This document shows positions 39,344 through 49,343 of a stretch of DNA of 64,000 bases, piece after piece. The position numbers were made by a program, and so were the translations under genes. Below the pieces are notes generated by a model, which searched no databases, had not been told where the DNA came from, and saw only the letters and a list, made by a program, of their open reading frames with translations. Every line of letters begins with the position of its first letter. Within the stretch, counting starts at the first letter, position 1. The stretch is from a virus. Taxonomy: Duplodnaviria > Caudoviricetes. The stretch is from IMG/VR virus record IMGVR_UViG_3300028591_000117, positions 1 through 64,000 of that record; one strand, 5' to 3'.

Positions 39344-40030
39344 TTATTTGTCCTCATAAAAAACCTCTCGTGCAAGATTTATAGTTAATTTCTTTATTTC
39401 ACTCATATTTTTAAATTCTATATTAGTATTATCTTTTTTCTTAAATACTTTATCTTTCATCTCAGATATTTTATAACCTGCTATTATCCAATCAAGAACT
39501 TTAGATGTAGACAACTTTTTCTTTTCATTAAAAGCTCCTATATAATAGTATTCTTTAAAAGTTTGATGTTTTATAGACTCTAAAGTTAATTTTAATTCAA
39601 TTTGACTCTCAATAGACTCTTCATTACTCGCAATAATGTCAGATAATGTAGTATTTTTATCTCCATCTTGCTGAATAGTTCTATCTAATGAGTCACATAA
39701 TGGTTTCTTAACTATATCTCTTGATATACATCTCATAGACATATTAACTGATGCTCTAATTAAATTTGAGATATAGCTCATAGTAATATTCTCTATTTTA
39801 GAAGCTTTAATAAAATGTCTTTCTAAATTTGATAAACCATCATCTTTTGTTCTTAAATATAAACCTCTGTAAACATCTAAAACTATGTGTTCTCTATCAC
39901 AACCATATAACTTTAAAGTAGGATAAAGTCCATAAAACTTATTAACATAGAAATTAACTAACCTCACAACATCCCCCTGAATATCTTCGTACTTTCTTCC
40001 TGCTATCTCAGCAGTCTGCAATTCATCCAT
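39344..40030 (-). CDS. Second sigma-factor-like protein
   Basis: Region 3-like SLDRTIQQDGDKNTTLSDII and region 4-like IAGYKISEM. Confidence 0.55.
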   Translation of the reverse strand: MDELQTAEIAGRKYEDIQGDVVRLVNFYVNKFYGLYPTLKLYGCDREHIVLDVYRGLYLRTKDDGLSNLERHFIKASKIENITMSYISNLIRASVNMSMRCISRDIVKKPLCDSLDRTIQQDGDKNTTLSDIIASNEESIESQIELKLTLESIKHQTFKEYYYIGAFNEKKKLSTSKVLDWIIAGYKISEMKDKVFKKKDNTNIEFKNMSEIKKLTINLAREVFYEDK

Positions 40031-40274
40031 AATAACTACTCCTTATATTTCAGTTTATTTATATTTTAGCTCCTGAATTCTAAAATATAATTGTTGTGTT
40101 ATACATTTAAACAAGCACAGATTTTTAATAACCTCCTTCCAACCTATGTCAACTGCAGCTTCGATTATCTGTATAAATCCATTATAACATGATTTTCTAA
40201 AAAATAGCTAATAAAAAACTCCAATTTACATTGGAATTTTTTACCAAAGATACATATTGACATATCTCAAATAT

Positions 40275-41714
40275 CTATCTTATATTCTCCACAATCATTT
40301 CTTCAGTAGTTATTATTTGAGCAACAAGTGTAAAGCTATTTACAATTACTTGTTCTATAACTTTAGTAGCATCAAATATCTTTAAATCATCTGCTAATTT
40401 ATACTCTCCATTATCTGATATAACTAACCCATCTAAGTCAGGATTAATCTTTTCTTCACCAGTTATATTATATATAATTGTTTTATAAACTGACTCCATA
40501 GAGTCTCTAATAAACTCAGGAACACTGTCATCAGATAATGCTAATCTTTGATAAGTTATACCAGCTCCTATAGATATACCAGACTCTATTGCATTTCCTA
40601 AGCTATTAACAGCATCTTCTATTCTTCTATAGTTCTCTTCCATCTCAGCATTATTAGTTCCACCAACACGAATAATACATGTTTTAGTAGGTAATGTAAT
40701 ACTAGCTAAATCAGTAAAATCTTTATTATTAATTATAACAGTATCATTACTAATAAGCATATAGTCTATTTTACCTACTTTAATTAGATTTAATGCTTTA
40801 GGTAATCTAACTTCAACTCCATCTATAAGAGTTGTATCTGTATAAGTAGCTAATTGGTTCATGGTAGTTCTTGTTTGAACTCCTAAACTTCCTAAACGAA
40901 TAGGTATAATATCAGCATAACCTTTAACTATTTGTAGTTGCAAATTCTGTAAAATATCCATAGATAATTCATTATAAAATAATATTGCTTTCCTCTTTAA
41001 TCTGATTATTTGCTCAACAATTGGTTGTATCATGTTCCATCTATCTAACTTATCATAAACAAGATATACATCTACATCATTAAACTCTTTAGGTCCATGT
41101 TGAAATGTATCTTCAGGAACTATAACTTCAGCTTTATCTAAAACTATACCATCTTTTTTATCTAATACTATATTAGGAATATCACTTCTAACTACACTCG
41201 GTCTAAGTCCTTCAGGTAAAAACCTATAAGCTTCAGAAATAATATTAGCATACTTAGGACTTCCTAAAGATACTTTAGCTATAGACTCATAGTCATCATC
41301 AGTTATAGTTCTAGACATAAATTGATGTAATGTATCTATATAACTATCTCTAGTATCTTCAATAATATTTCTTAACTTTACTTTAGTTATTTTAGTATCT
41401 TCTAAATACTTCTTAGCACTTTGAAGTAACTTATAAGTAAGTATTGTAGTTGATGTAGTTCCATCACCAGCTTTTCTATTAGTTTCAAATGCAGCTAACT
41501 TAACTGTTTCAAGCGCTTCTGCTTCTGCTGGGTCTAAACTAGTTAACTTAGATAAAATTGAGTAACCATCATTAAGAATATCATGAGCTCCTCTTTTATT
41601 AACTACAGCAGTATTAGTTCCACCAGGTCCTAATGTATGAGATACAGCTCTATATGCTAGTCTTGCAGCATCAACATAGGTTTCTAATGGATTTTTATCA
41701 CTTAATATTTGCAT
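40275..41714 (-). CDS. GroEL-like phage chaperonin
   Basis: TLGPGG, NDG, AGDGTTS, IRVGG...E...RIEDA, G...GAG and IFD. Confidence 0.92.
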   Translation of the reverse strand: MQILSDKNPLETYVDAARLAYRAVSHTLGPGGTNTAVVNKRGAHDILNDGYSILSKLTSLDPAEAEALETVKLAAFETNRKAGDGTTSTTILTYKLLQSAKKYLEDTKITKVKLRNIIEDTRDSYIDTLHQFMSRTITDDDYESIAKVSLGSPKYANIISEAYRFLPEGLRPSVVRSDIPNIVLDKKDGIVLDKAEVIVPEDTFQHGPKEFNDVDVYLVYDKLDRWNMIQPIVEQIIRLKRKAILFYNELSMDILQNLQLQIVKGYADIIPIRLGSLGVQTRTTMNQLATYTDTTLIDGVEVRLPKALNLIKVGKIDYMLISNDTVIINNKDFTDLASITLPTKTCIIRVGGTNNAEMEENYRRIEDAVNSLGNAIESGISIGAGITYQRLALSDDSVPEFIRDSMESVYKTIIYNITGEEKINPDLDGLVISDNGEYKLADDLKIFDATKVIEQVIVNSFTLVAQIITTEEMIVENIR

Positions 41715-42115
41715 TAGTTCTCATCTCCATATTCAATAAATATTTGAGTTTTATTATAACTCTCACAATTTAAATTATGTTCTTTTATTTTATTAAGAAC
41801 TTGTTGTAATGTGTCTCCACCTTCAAGAAAAATATTATCATAAATTAACCAACAAGCTTTCTTAGTATTCATATCTTCAACAGAGTATGTTCTACCACCA
41901 AATGTAGTTGTGTTAAAACCACTATTAGATATAATAATAGAATAAATATCTCTATCATCTGAATAAGGTTCTCCAGCATTACTACAAGCTGGTCTATCAT
42001 TCCAATCATCACCCCATTGACCTTCAAATTTACTAGTAAAATATACTCTAAAGATATCATAGTCTTCTAAGTTATTTATATAGCATAATTTATAGTCTAA
42101 AAACTTTTCTAGCAT
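41714..42115 (-). CDS. Conserved phage hypothetical protein
   Basis: QWGDDWNDRP..NAGEPY pattern. Confidence 0.6.
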   Translation of the reverse strand: MLEKFLDYKLCYINNLEDYDIFRVYFTSKFEGQWGDDWNDRPACSNAGEPYSDDRDIYSIIISNSGFNTTTFGGRTYSVEDMNTKKACWLIYDNIFLEGGDTLQQVLNKIKEHNLNCESYNKTQIFIEYGDEN

Positions 42116-42180
42116 AATTAATTCCTCCTTAATATATTATATGAAAATAAAAAGAGGCTTAAAACCTCAATAAGATGCGA

Positions 42181-42336
42181 TTATTTTTGTTTGTATGTTT
42201 TACAACTGGTATTTTTAAAAGGAAAAAATCTTAACGTACTATTTTTAGTTACAGTACATTTTACATTCTTTTTATCAAAATAAGTGCAGTTTACACAAGA
42301 TTTTTCTTTTTGTTTTTTCTTAAAAAGACTAAACAC
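42181..42336 (-). CDS. Small Cys-rich protein (51 aa, GTG start)
   Basis: Read by hand: MFSLFKKKQKEKSCVNCTYFD...; AAGGAGGTG RBS. Confidence 0.55.
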   Translation of the reverse strand: MFSLFKKKQKEKSCVNCTYFDKKNVKCTVTKNSTLRFFPFKNTSCKTYKQK

Positions 42337-42356
42337 AATCACACCTCCTTATATAA

Positions 42357-43031
42357 TTACTTCTTAGAAACAGTTATTTTAATATAGTCTGATACAGCTG
42401 TGATTTCAGAATAAGGTTTTAAAATATCTAAGTTATTATTCCAAAAATCTTTTTGTTCTTCTCTAAATTTCTTCAAATCAAATTTATTCTTCTCAGAAGG
42501 TTCTACATAAGTAGACTGTATTTTATTATAATTAAATGTTTTATCATTATTATCATAGTTAAATGCGGCTCTTTGTAAAGGTAATAAATCAGCTTTTATT
42601 TTTTCTTGTTCTTCTTGAGCTACTTTTATTTCGTCAGCTTTAGAGTTAATTTTATCTATAAGCTCTTTATTTTCAAGTTTAATTTTAGAAATAAGACTAT
42701 CTAATTCTTGATTTAAAAGACTCATCTCTCCATCAAGCTTACTTAGTTTATTTTGGTAAGCTTCATATTCTGCAAGTTTATTCATTGCTTTAGCTCTGTT
42801 AAGCTCTCTTTCATCATCTGTTGTCTTAACTTCTTTATCATCTGTTTTTTCTCCATCTGTTGTGCTATCATTAGCCAACACTTGTGTTTCTTCTTTAGCT
42901 TCTTCAATAGGAACCTCCTTAGTAATATTTACTTCAACATCAGCGTCAACAAATAAATTTCCTGACATTGTATTTCCATTATTTGAAGATGCATTTAATA
43001 ATTCATCTAAGTTCATTGTATTAAATTCCAT
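42357..43031 (-). CDS. Coiled-coil hypothetical protein
   Basis: Long heptad region; class I promoter variant at 43055. Confidence 0.55.
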   Translation of the reverse strand: MEFNTMNLDELLNASSNNGNTMSGNLFVDADVEVNITKEVPIEEAKEETQVLANDSTTDGEKTDDKEVKTTDDERELNRAKAMNKLAEYEAYQNKLSKLDGEMSLLNQELDSLISKIKLENKELIDKINSKADEIKVAQEEQEKIKADLLPLQRAAFNYDNNDKTFNYNKIQSTYVEPSEKNKFDLKKFREEQKDFWNNNLDILKPYSEITAVSDYIKITVSKK

Positions 43032-43084
43032 AATCTTAATCTCCTTTATATTATAATTATATGAATAATTATGAAATTTTTAAA

Positions 43085-43114
43085 TAAAAGCTTAGAGATT
43101 TATCTCTAAGCTTT
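43085..43114. terminator. Intrinsic terminator after the head-protein operon
   Basis: AAAAGCTTAGAGAT/ATCTCTAAGCTTTT inverted repeat. Confidence 0.8.
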
Positions 43115-43401
43115 TATAGTTGTTTCCATTTAGAGTCAATAGTATCTAAAGAAGCATTTAAATCTTTAGCAAGTTTAGCAAAATCAGGAGCCATTTTTCT
43201 ATCTATGTATCTCATTCCCTCTTCATCATTAGTTAGAAAATTAGCATAATCTGCAAAATATTTAGCAACACTTCTACCCATGTCATAAGCTTCAGTATTT
43301 GTTTCACTATAGTATCCATCTTCCTCATCAAAACTAGGAGCACATGCATACTTTTCAGCTTCAGTTAGGTTTTCTTTAATACTTTCATACAACTTATTCA
43401 T
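43114..43401 (-). CDS. Small putative internal head protein with shared leader
   Basis: MNKLYESIKENLTEA; leader identical to the next gene's. Confidence 0.6.
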   Translation of the reverse strand: MNKLYESIKENLTEAEKYACAPSFDEEDGYYSETNTEAYDMGRSVAKYFADYANFLTNDEEGMRYIDRKMAPDFAKLAKDLNASLDTIDSKWKQL

Positions 43402-43410
43402 AACTACCTT

Positions 43411-43725
43411 CTATTGAAATGTTTCCATATATTCATTATTTAAATCTTTAAGTTCTTTAGCTTTTTCAGCTAGTCTTCTAACATACTCTACATCTTTATC
43501 ACTAATTTGAAACTCTCTATAGTTTCTATCACTGTCTGCTAGTACTTCTTTAAGAAGAGCATAAGACTCATTATAATACCTTACTAATTCATCCAATATA
43601 TCTATAATATCAGTGTTAGATATAGAATTCCATGGTCCATGTTCTTCAACACCAGATATATAATAATATTGAGCTCCTTCAGTTAAATTTTCTTTTATAC
43701 TTTCATATAACTTATTCATTCTCAT
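43411..43725 (-). CDS. Small putative internal head protein with shared leader
   Basis: MNKLYESIKENLTEG. Confidence 0.6.
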   Translation of the reverse strand: MRMNKLYESIKENLTEGAQYYYISGVEEHGPWNSISNTDIIDILDELVRYYNESYALLKEVLADSDRNYREFQISDKDVEYVRRLAEKAKELKDLNNEYMETFQ

Positions 43726-46303
43726 TTACCTCCTCAGTAGGTTCTTCTACTGGTTCATCTAATAATTCTTCTTCAGGTTCTAAAAGTTCTTCTTCATCAT
43801 TTAATTTATCTTTAATAGCTACATATCTAGCAGAACTACGACCTTGTGGGTCAACTAGTAATGTATAACTATCATCATCAGTATTTATAACTTCAACACA
43901 TTTAAACTCACCTGATTTAGAAGTATCATTATATTCTTTTAACCAATCATATTTTTCAGATTTCAAATGATTTGCAAAATCTTCAAATTCTTTACCACTT
44001 AGCTCTTTAGTTCCTACTATCTTATAATTAGATTTATTAACTGTAATTCCATTTTGTTCAGCTGCTCTCATAGCTTTTACACTTTGTGGTTTTCTATGAA
44101 ATATTGCAACATCAGAACCACTTTCTTGTAATTCGTCTTCAGGTTCAGTTCCATCAGTTACAATTGGTTCATCTAATAACTCATCTTCAGCTTCATTTAA
44201 TTTAGCAGACTCATTCATATCACTCAATTTAGATAATACGTATTTTAAGTCTTCTATCACATGGCTTCCTCTTATATAAGAACTATCACATCTATCATAA
44301 CATTCACTTAAATAATCTGCTAAGCTATCTATACCAGAGTCTTTAAGTTCTCTGATTGCTTGTGAATACAATGAACCAGGATTATTTTCAGGGTATTCTC
44401 TTGCTTCATCTAAAAGTCTTTCAATCAAATCTTTAAGTTCATCTATAGAATAAGACTCTTTAATTTCTTTCACTTTTAATTTTTTAGCATCTACTTTAGT
44501 TTTCTTAGCTTTAGGTAGAGCTTCAACTTCAGTAGTATCAGTTAATTCTTCTTCAGTTTTTCCAGTAGTATTATCTTGGTTAGGTTCTTTTTCTATTTTA
44601 AACTTCTTAGTTTCTTTATTTCTAGCATCATGCTGTTTAAGATGATTTTCTTGTCTTTCTTCATCTTTTTCAATAGCTCTACCATCAGCAAAGTTCATTC
44701 CACCATCTTCATAAGGTTCATTTACCATTGGAACAACTTCTTCTTTAAGTTTTCTTGAATTCATTATATCAAAGATAACTCCTTCAAAATGTTTTACTGG
44801 GTCTTTAGTTTTACCACAATATTCTTTAATAATCTGTGATTTACTATTACGAACTACGCATTCTTTAAGAGCTTTATCTCCATAAACTTCAAGCATAAAT
44901 ACATTCTTATACTCACCAATTGACTCATTTAATCTTGGTAATGTTAGTTCTAATATAGCACTTGAATAACTTTCATTAGTTTTCTTATGAGTACCTTTAC
45001 GAGTTAAGAAACTATTTATCTCACCCCAGTTATTAGTACCTAAAGCTTCAGTTAAGCTTTCGTCAAGGTCATTTAGTATATTAGCCATATCTATGGCTCT
45101 TACATCACCTGTGTCTGTATTATCTAACTCAGTAATATCTAAGATTTGATAATCAAATTCTGGATTTTGATAGATTTCTACATTTTGGTTTTGATTATAA
45201 CCATCAGCTTCTTCTAATTTAACATCTTTTAAAAGCTCATCGTCAGCATAAGCAGACCAATTACAATCTGTAGTATCTAGATTTTTAACAATATTATACC
45301 AAGCTTCTAGAGCTTTATTTACATTATTATTTTTACTTTTATTTAGATGACTCTTAGTAATTTCAGGAATATCTTCGTCGTCATCATAACCAATACTGTC
45401 AATAATACTCATAAGCTCATCAAAGTCAGCATTATATTTCTTAGCTAACTCTTTAATAGCTATTTCATGAGCTTCTTCTGCATATTCAAAATCATCTGAA
45501 GTAGCTTCTTCTATCTTTTCATCTTTTTTATCTGATTTATCACATTCTTCTACTTTAGAGTTATTTATTTCTTCTTCATTTTCTTCAGTAGGTTTTTCTA
45601 ATACCTCTTCATTAACTGCAGACTTATCTAAGTCTTCATCATCTTCTTCTGTATCTTCAGTTGGTTCATCAATTTCTTCAGTAGGTTCTACATTTTCAAT
45701 ATCTTCAGCTGGAACTTCTTCTACAGCTCCATCTAAAGGTAGTTCTTCAGTAGGCTCAGCTATATCCATCTCAGCAGGTAGTATATCTTGAGTATTATCT
45801 ACATTAACTGTAACACCATTTCCAGAAGTAATAGTATTTCCGTTATCTTCAACAGTAACTCCAGTTTCATCAGAAGTAATAGTTGTAGAACCAGTATCTA
45901 TCGTAACAGACTCATTATAGAAACTATCTGGACTATTATGAGTATTGACCCAATCAGTTAATGTTTCAGATACAAGCGTATAAAAATCATCTAAATCTAA
46001 ACCTTTAGTTTCTTCTACATAACCATTATATTTTATTGGTAGCACAACGTCTCTATTTAACTCAATTTCTCCATTTTTATCAGGTTCTCCACCATAAGCC
46101 GTAACATTAAATGTTACCCATCCATTAGTATTACCTGAAGTATCTTCTTTATAAGAAGCATCATTAAGGAAAAAGTCACTACCATCAAATATTTCTTCAG
46201 CAGCTCTTTCAACAGCTTGCTCTCTACTTTCAATATTGTAGATACTCTCATCATTAAGACTTTCAAATAAACTTCTTGTATTACTATTATTTAATAATCT
46301 CAT
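43712..46303 (-). CDS. Large acidic putative head core/internal polyprotein
   Basis: More than 15 L/I/M/V-x-E-(S/A) motifs; leader MRLLNNSNTRSLFESL. Confidence 0.55.
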   Translation of the reverse strand: MRLLNNSNTRSLFESLNDESIYNIESREQAVERAAEEIFDGSDFFLNDASYKEDTSGNTNGWVTFNVTAYGGEPDKNGEIELNRDVVLPIKYNGYVEETKGLDLDDFYTLVSETLTDWVNTHNSPDSFYNESVTIDTGSTTITSDETGVTVEDNGNTITSGNGVTVNVDNTQDILPAEMDIAEPTEELPLDGAVEEVPAEDIENVEPTEEIDEPTEDTEEDDEDLDKSAVNEEVLEKPTEENEEEINNSKVEECDKSDKKDEKIEEATSDDFEYAEEAHEIAIKELAKKYNADFDELMSIIDSIGYDDDEDIPEITKSHLNKSKNNNVNKALEAWYNIVKNLDTTDCNWSAYADDELLKDVKLEEADGYNQNQNVEIYQNPEFDYQILDITELDNTDTGDVRAIDMANILNDLDESLTEALGTNNWGEINSFLTRKGTHKKTNESYSSAILELTLPRLNESIGEYKNVFMLEVYGDKALKECVVRNSKSQIIKEYCGKTKDPVKHFEGVIFDIMNSRKLKEEVVPMVNEPYEDGGMNFADGRAIEKDEERQENHLKQHDARNKETKKFKIEKEPNQDNTTGKTEEELTDTTEVEALPKAKKTKVDAKKLKVKEIKESYSIDELKDLIERLLDEAREYPENNPGSLYSQAIRELKDSGIDSLADYLSECYDRCDSSYIRGSHVIEDLKYVLSKLSDMNESAKLNEAEDELLDEPIVTDGTEPEDELQESGSDVAIFHRKPQSVKAMRAAEQNGITVNKSNYKIVGTKELSGKEFEDFANHLKSEKYDWLKEYNDTSKSGEFKCVEVINTDDDSYTLLVDPQGRSSARYVAIKDKLNDEEELLEPEEELLDEPVEEPTEEVNENE

Positions 46304-47589
46304 TATTCTTCCTCCTCTTCTTCATCTTCTGCAGGAATTTCTTCATCTGTAGGTTCTTCAAATTCTTCATCTGAGAACTCATCGTCTATAGGTTCTTCCA
46401 TAGGAACTTCTTCTGGAATTTCATCTTCTATTTCCTCTTCTTCATGTTCTTCTCTCTTATCTTCAGGAAGTTCATTCATTAAGAAATTCATAACACTTTC
46501 ATGTGAAGCTTCAATACCAGCATATTGTTCTTTATCTTCATCACTCATTTCAGGTGATAAATATACAACATTAACTTGATTTAAAAATTTATCAAAAGTA
46601 TCTGGAGCTTTAATCCATTTATATTCAAATGATTGTTCTCCATCTTCTTCAGCTTCATTTTCAATCTCTTCAGCTTTTTCATTTTGCTCAGAAGGTTCAG
46701 TCTCAGTATTTTCTGGTCTATTAGAAGTTAAGAACTCAATATCTGGACCATTTAAACGACCTATACAAACCATATTATCATTAATTAAAAATAATCTATA
46801 GTCTAAGTCAACTAATAAATCTCTTAGTTCATCATACTCAGGAACTGTAGCATAGAATGGTTGTTCAATGTCATCTTTAATTGTATCTTCTTCATCTTCT
46901 TGAGCTTCTTCTTGAACTTCATCATCTGACATTTCTTCATCTTCTGGAGCTTCAGTTGGTTCATCAATTGGAAGTTCATCAGTTGGTTCATCAATTGGAA
47001 GTTCATCAGTATTTACTTCAAATTCTTCATCTTCTGGAGCTTCAGTTAATATTTTACTATTACTAGAGCTTGTAGACTCAAGCATTCCTTCTAGTTCTTT
47101 TATTTCAGACTCAACAGCCTCGCGTTCATCTTCAGAAATAGCTTTATCAGATAAAGATTGTTTTAATTCACCAATTCTATCTTCTAATTCTTTCTTTTTA
47201 GCTGTATCTATATTTTTATTATCTCTTTCTATTTCTTCAACTGATGGATTTTCTATATTTACCTCTTCATTTACATCACTAGGTTCAGGTTTAACTACAT
47301 GTGGGTCTCGTAATTTTCCACCAGTATAATTAATCATAGCTTCTTCTACACCACAATCTGGACAAATATATGTTCTATTATCATATCTAGATAGTGCTGG
47401 ATAATCTGTATAAGTTCTTCCACATCTTGGACAAAACTTCTTAGTTACATTATCATAAGGAAAATCTTCGGTATCTTCCTCTTGAACAAATGCTCTATCT
47501 TCTCTAAGAACTTTAATTGAAGTACTTATACTATTTCTATTTAATCTTGAAACTTCATTAAAGATTAAATTAGTTAAATTTTTACTCAT
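46303..47589 (-). CDS. Acidic putative scaffold/internal head protein with zinc finger
   Basis: CPRCG...ALSR...ICPDCG; LRED, VNEE, MLES and LTEA motifs. Confidence 0.55.
   Translation of the reverse strand: MSKNLTNLIFNEVSRLNRNSISTSIKVLREDRAFVQEEDTEDFPYDNVTKKFCPRCGRTYTDYPALSRYDNRTYICPDCGVEEAMINYTGGKLRDPHVVKPEPSDVNEEVNIENPSVEEIERDNKNIDTAKKKELEDRIGELKQSLSDKAISEDEREAVESEIKELEGMLESTSSSNSKILTEAPEDEEFEVNTDELPIDEPTDELPIDEPTEAPEDEEMSDDEVQEEAQEDEEDTIKDDIEQPFYATVPEYDELRDLLVDLDYRLFLINDNMVCIGRLNGPDIEFLTSNRPENTETEPSEQNEKAEEIENEAEEDGEQSFEYKWIKAPDTFDKFLNQVNVVYLSPEMSDEDKEQYAGIEASHESVMNFLMNELPEDKREEHEEEEIEDEIPEEVPMEEPIDDEFSDEEFEEPTDEEIPAEDEEEEEE
46933..47047. repeat. 27-bp tandem duplication (TDELPIDEP x2) flanked by a 25-bp direct repeat (TEAPEDEE)
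   Basis: cagttggttcatcaattggaagttcat at 46953 and 46980; ttcttcatcttctggagcttcagtt at 46933 and 47023. Confidence 0.85.
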
Positions 47590-47599
47590 ATTTTCCTCC

Positions 47600-48025
47600 T
47601 TAAAAATCTTTATAGTAACTAAATGTTTTTTCATAATATCGAACTACTCTATCCATTTTACTTCTTTCGTCATTCATCATATCTTGAATTTGTTGAAGTA
47701 TAGATATAAAATAATCTAGTTGTCTATTTTGTTGAATTCCTAACTCAGTATTTCTATCTAACTGGTCTTTCAATAACTTAATCTTAAAAATAGTATTTTT
47801 AATATCAAGTATAAAATCAATAACTAAATCATTTCGCTCAATAACATCATGATAAACATTAGTCATAACTTTATTATCTTCTAACTCTACAACAGTTAGT
47901 ATTTTAACTTTATCTAAATTTAGATAATCTTCTTTTTTATTAGTAATTTCTTGAACCATACTTCTAATTTTAGATAAACTATCTTGAGGTTTATCCATAT
48001 ATTTATTTAAATCTTCCATATACAA
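47600..48025 (-). CDS. Coiled-coil hypothetical protein
   Basis: ORF with RBS. Confidence 0.5.
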   Translation of the reverse strand: MYMEDLNKYMDKPQDSLSKIRSMVQEITNKKEDYLNLDKVKILTVVELEDNKVMTNVYHDVIERNDLVIDFILDIKNTIFKIKLLKDQLDRNTELGIQQNRQLDYFISILQQIQDMMNDERSKMDRVVRYYEKTFSYYKDF

Positions 48026-48052
48026 TTCTCCTTATTATATACTATGAACTGA

Positions 48053-49330
48053 TTATTCTTCTTTTAGTTCATTGTCAGGATTAACTCCGCATCTCTCTAA
48101 AAAATCTTTCATTGCAGACTCTTCAGAGTCATGTTCAACTTCGTTATCAGACTCATTTTCAAAAACAAAATAACTTTCATTTTCTTTTATACAAGTTACA
48201 TTTCCTTGTTGCATAACTACTCTCTTATCTTCTTTTTCAGATTTCTTAGCAGACTCAGTCAAACTTTCATCTAAAACATTTGAAATAACTTGTATATTAT
48301 TATCTTTATCCTTATAAGCACAATAAATAAGCTCTCCACTATTAGATTTATAATTAGTTATATCTGTAAATTCTAAACCATCATTAAAACCACCACTAAT
48401 ATCTTCAGCAAAACCATTAAATGGTTCTTTAGCTTTAATTACTAATCCAAATGTTCCTTGTACACCATCACTAATATAACCTTTAGCATAACTTAAAGCT
48501 TCTTCTGCAGTTTTAGTAACTCCATAGTTTTCATCCATTATCTTATAAGGTATTCCAGAGTCTTGAAAATCAAAGAAATCTTCTTCATTAGCTTCAGGTC
48601 TAGTTTCATCTAAACAAATTCCAACTAAAAAATAATAAATATCTTTTAAATTATTAGTATCTACAGACTCATCTACAGAACCATATCTTCTTTCCATTCT
48701 TTCAGTAGCGTCAGCTTCTTCTTCAGCAGCAAAGTTAGTATCACCATCATCATACTCATAATCATCACTAAAATCTCTACTATCTAAACAATTATATGTA
48801 TTTCTAATAATTTTCTCAGCTTCATTAGCAGCTTCTAAATCATCATTATCCCAAATATCATAAAACATTCCAGTAAAGTATTCATTTATATCATCATTAG
48901 TAACATCTGAATATAACTCATCACCATATTTATCCATTAAGAACAATCTAAAATCTCTCTTAACTGTGTCTTCAAACTCTGGGTCATTTATATCAGTTAT
49001 TGACTCTTTAACTACTTTTCTAGAGTTTCTTCTATCTTTAGCAACTATCTTTCTTAGTAATCCAGCCTCAGTATGAAAATTAGAGTCAGTTAAATCTTTA
49101 AGTATTCTTCTTAACATACCTTTTCTTTTAATTTCAGGTCCATATTCTTGCCAAAACTCTTCTAACTTAGGTAATACCATAGCAACTCGTTCTTCTTGAG
49201 AAGCTTCATTCCACTTACTAGTATCAAAATCTAAGTTCATAATCATTTCAGCATATTTACAAGGGTTCCAAAAGTCTTCTTTTAGTAAATTATAAATATT
49301 CTTAGTATTACTATTTTCTATTAGTCTCAT
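48053..49330 (-). CDS. Putative internal head polyprotein
   Basis: Leader MRLIENSNTKNIYNLLKED, similar to that of ORF 43712-46303; VKES, VDES and LDESLTES. Confidence 0.55.
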   Translation of the reverse strand: MRLIENSNTKNIYNLLKEDFWNPCKYAEMIMNLDFDTSKWNEASQEERVAMVLPKLEEFWQEYGPEIKRKGMLRRILKDLTDSNFHTEAGLLRKIVAKDRRNSRKVVKESITDINDPEFEDTVKRDFRLFLMDKYGDELYSDVTNDDINEYFTGMFYDIWDNDDLEAANEAEKIIRNTYNCLDSRDFSDDYEYDDGDTNFAAEEEADATERMERRYGSVDESVDTNNLKDIYYFLVGICLDETRPEANEEDFFDFQDSGIPYKIMDENYGVTKTAEEALSYAKGYISDGVQGTFGLVIKAKEPFNGFAEDISGGFNDGLEFTDITNYKSNSGELIYCAYKDKDNNIQVISNVLDESLTESAKKSEKEDKRVVMQQGNVTCIKENESYFVFENESDNEVEHDSEESAMKDFLERCGVNPDNELKEE

Positions 49331-49343
49331 ACTATCCTCCTTT

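Noticed and set aside
41869-47006. Alternative-frame minus ORFs 41869-42060 and 46824-47006
   Set aside because: Nested out-of-frame within longer genes; the second simply reflects the 27-bp repeat.
46933-47047. Repeats as a CRISPR array
   Set aside because: In-frame coding tandem duplication with no unique spacers and no cas genes.
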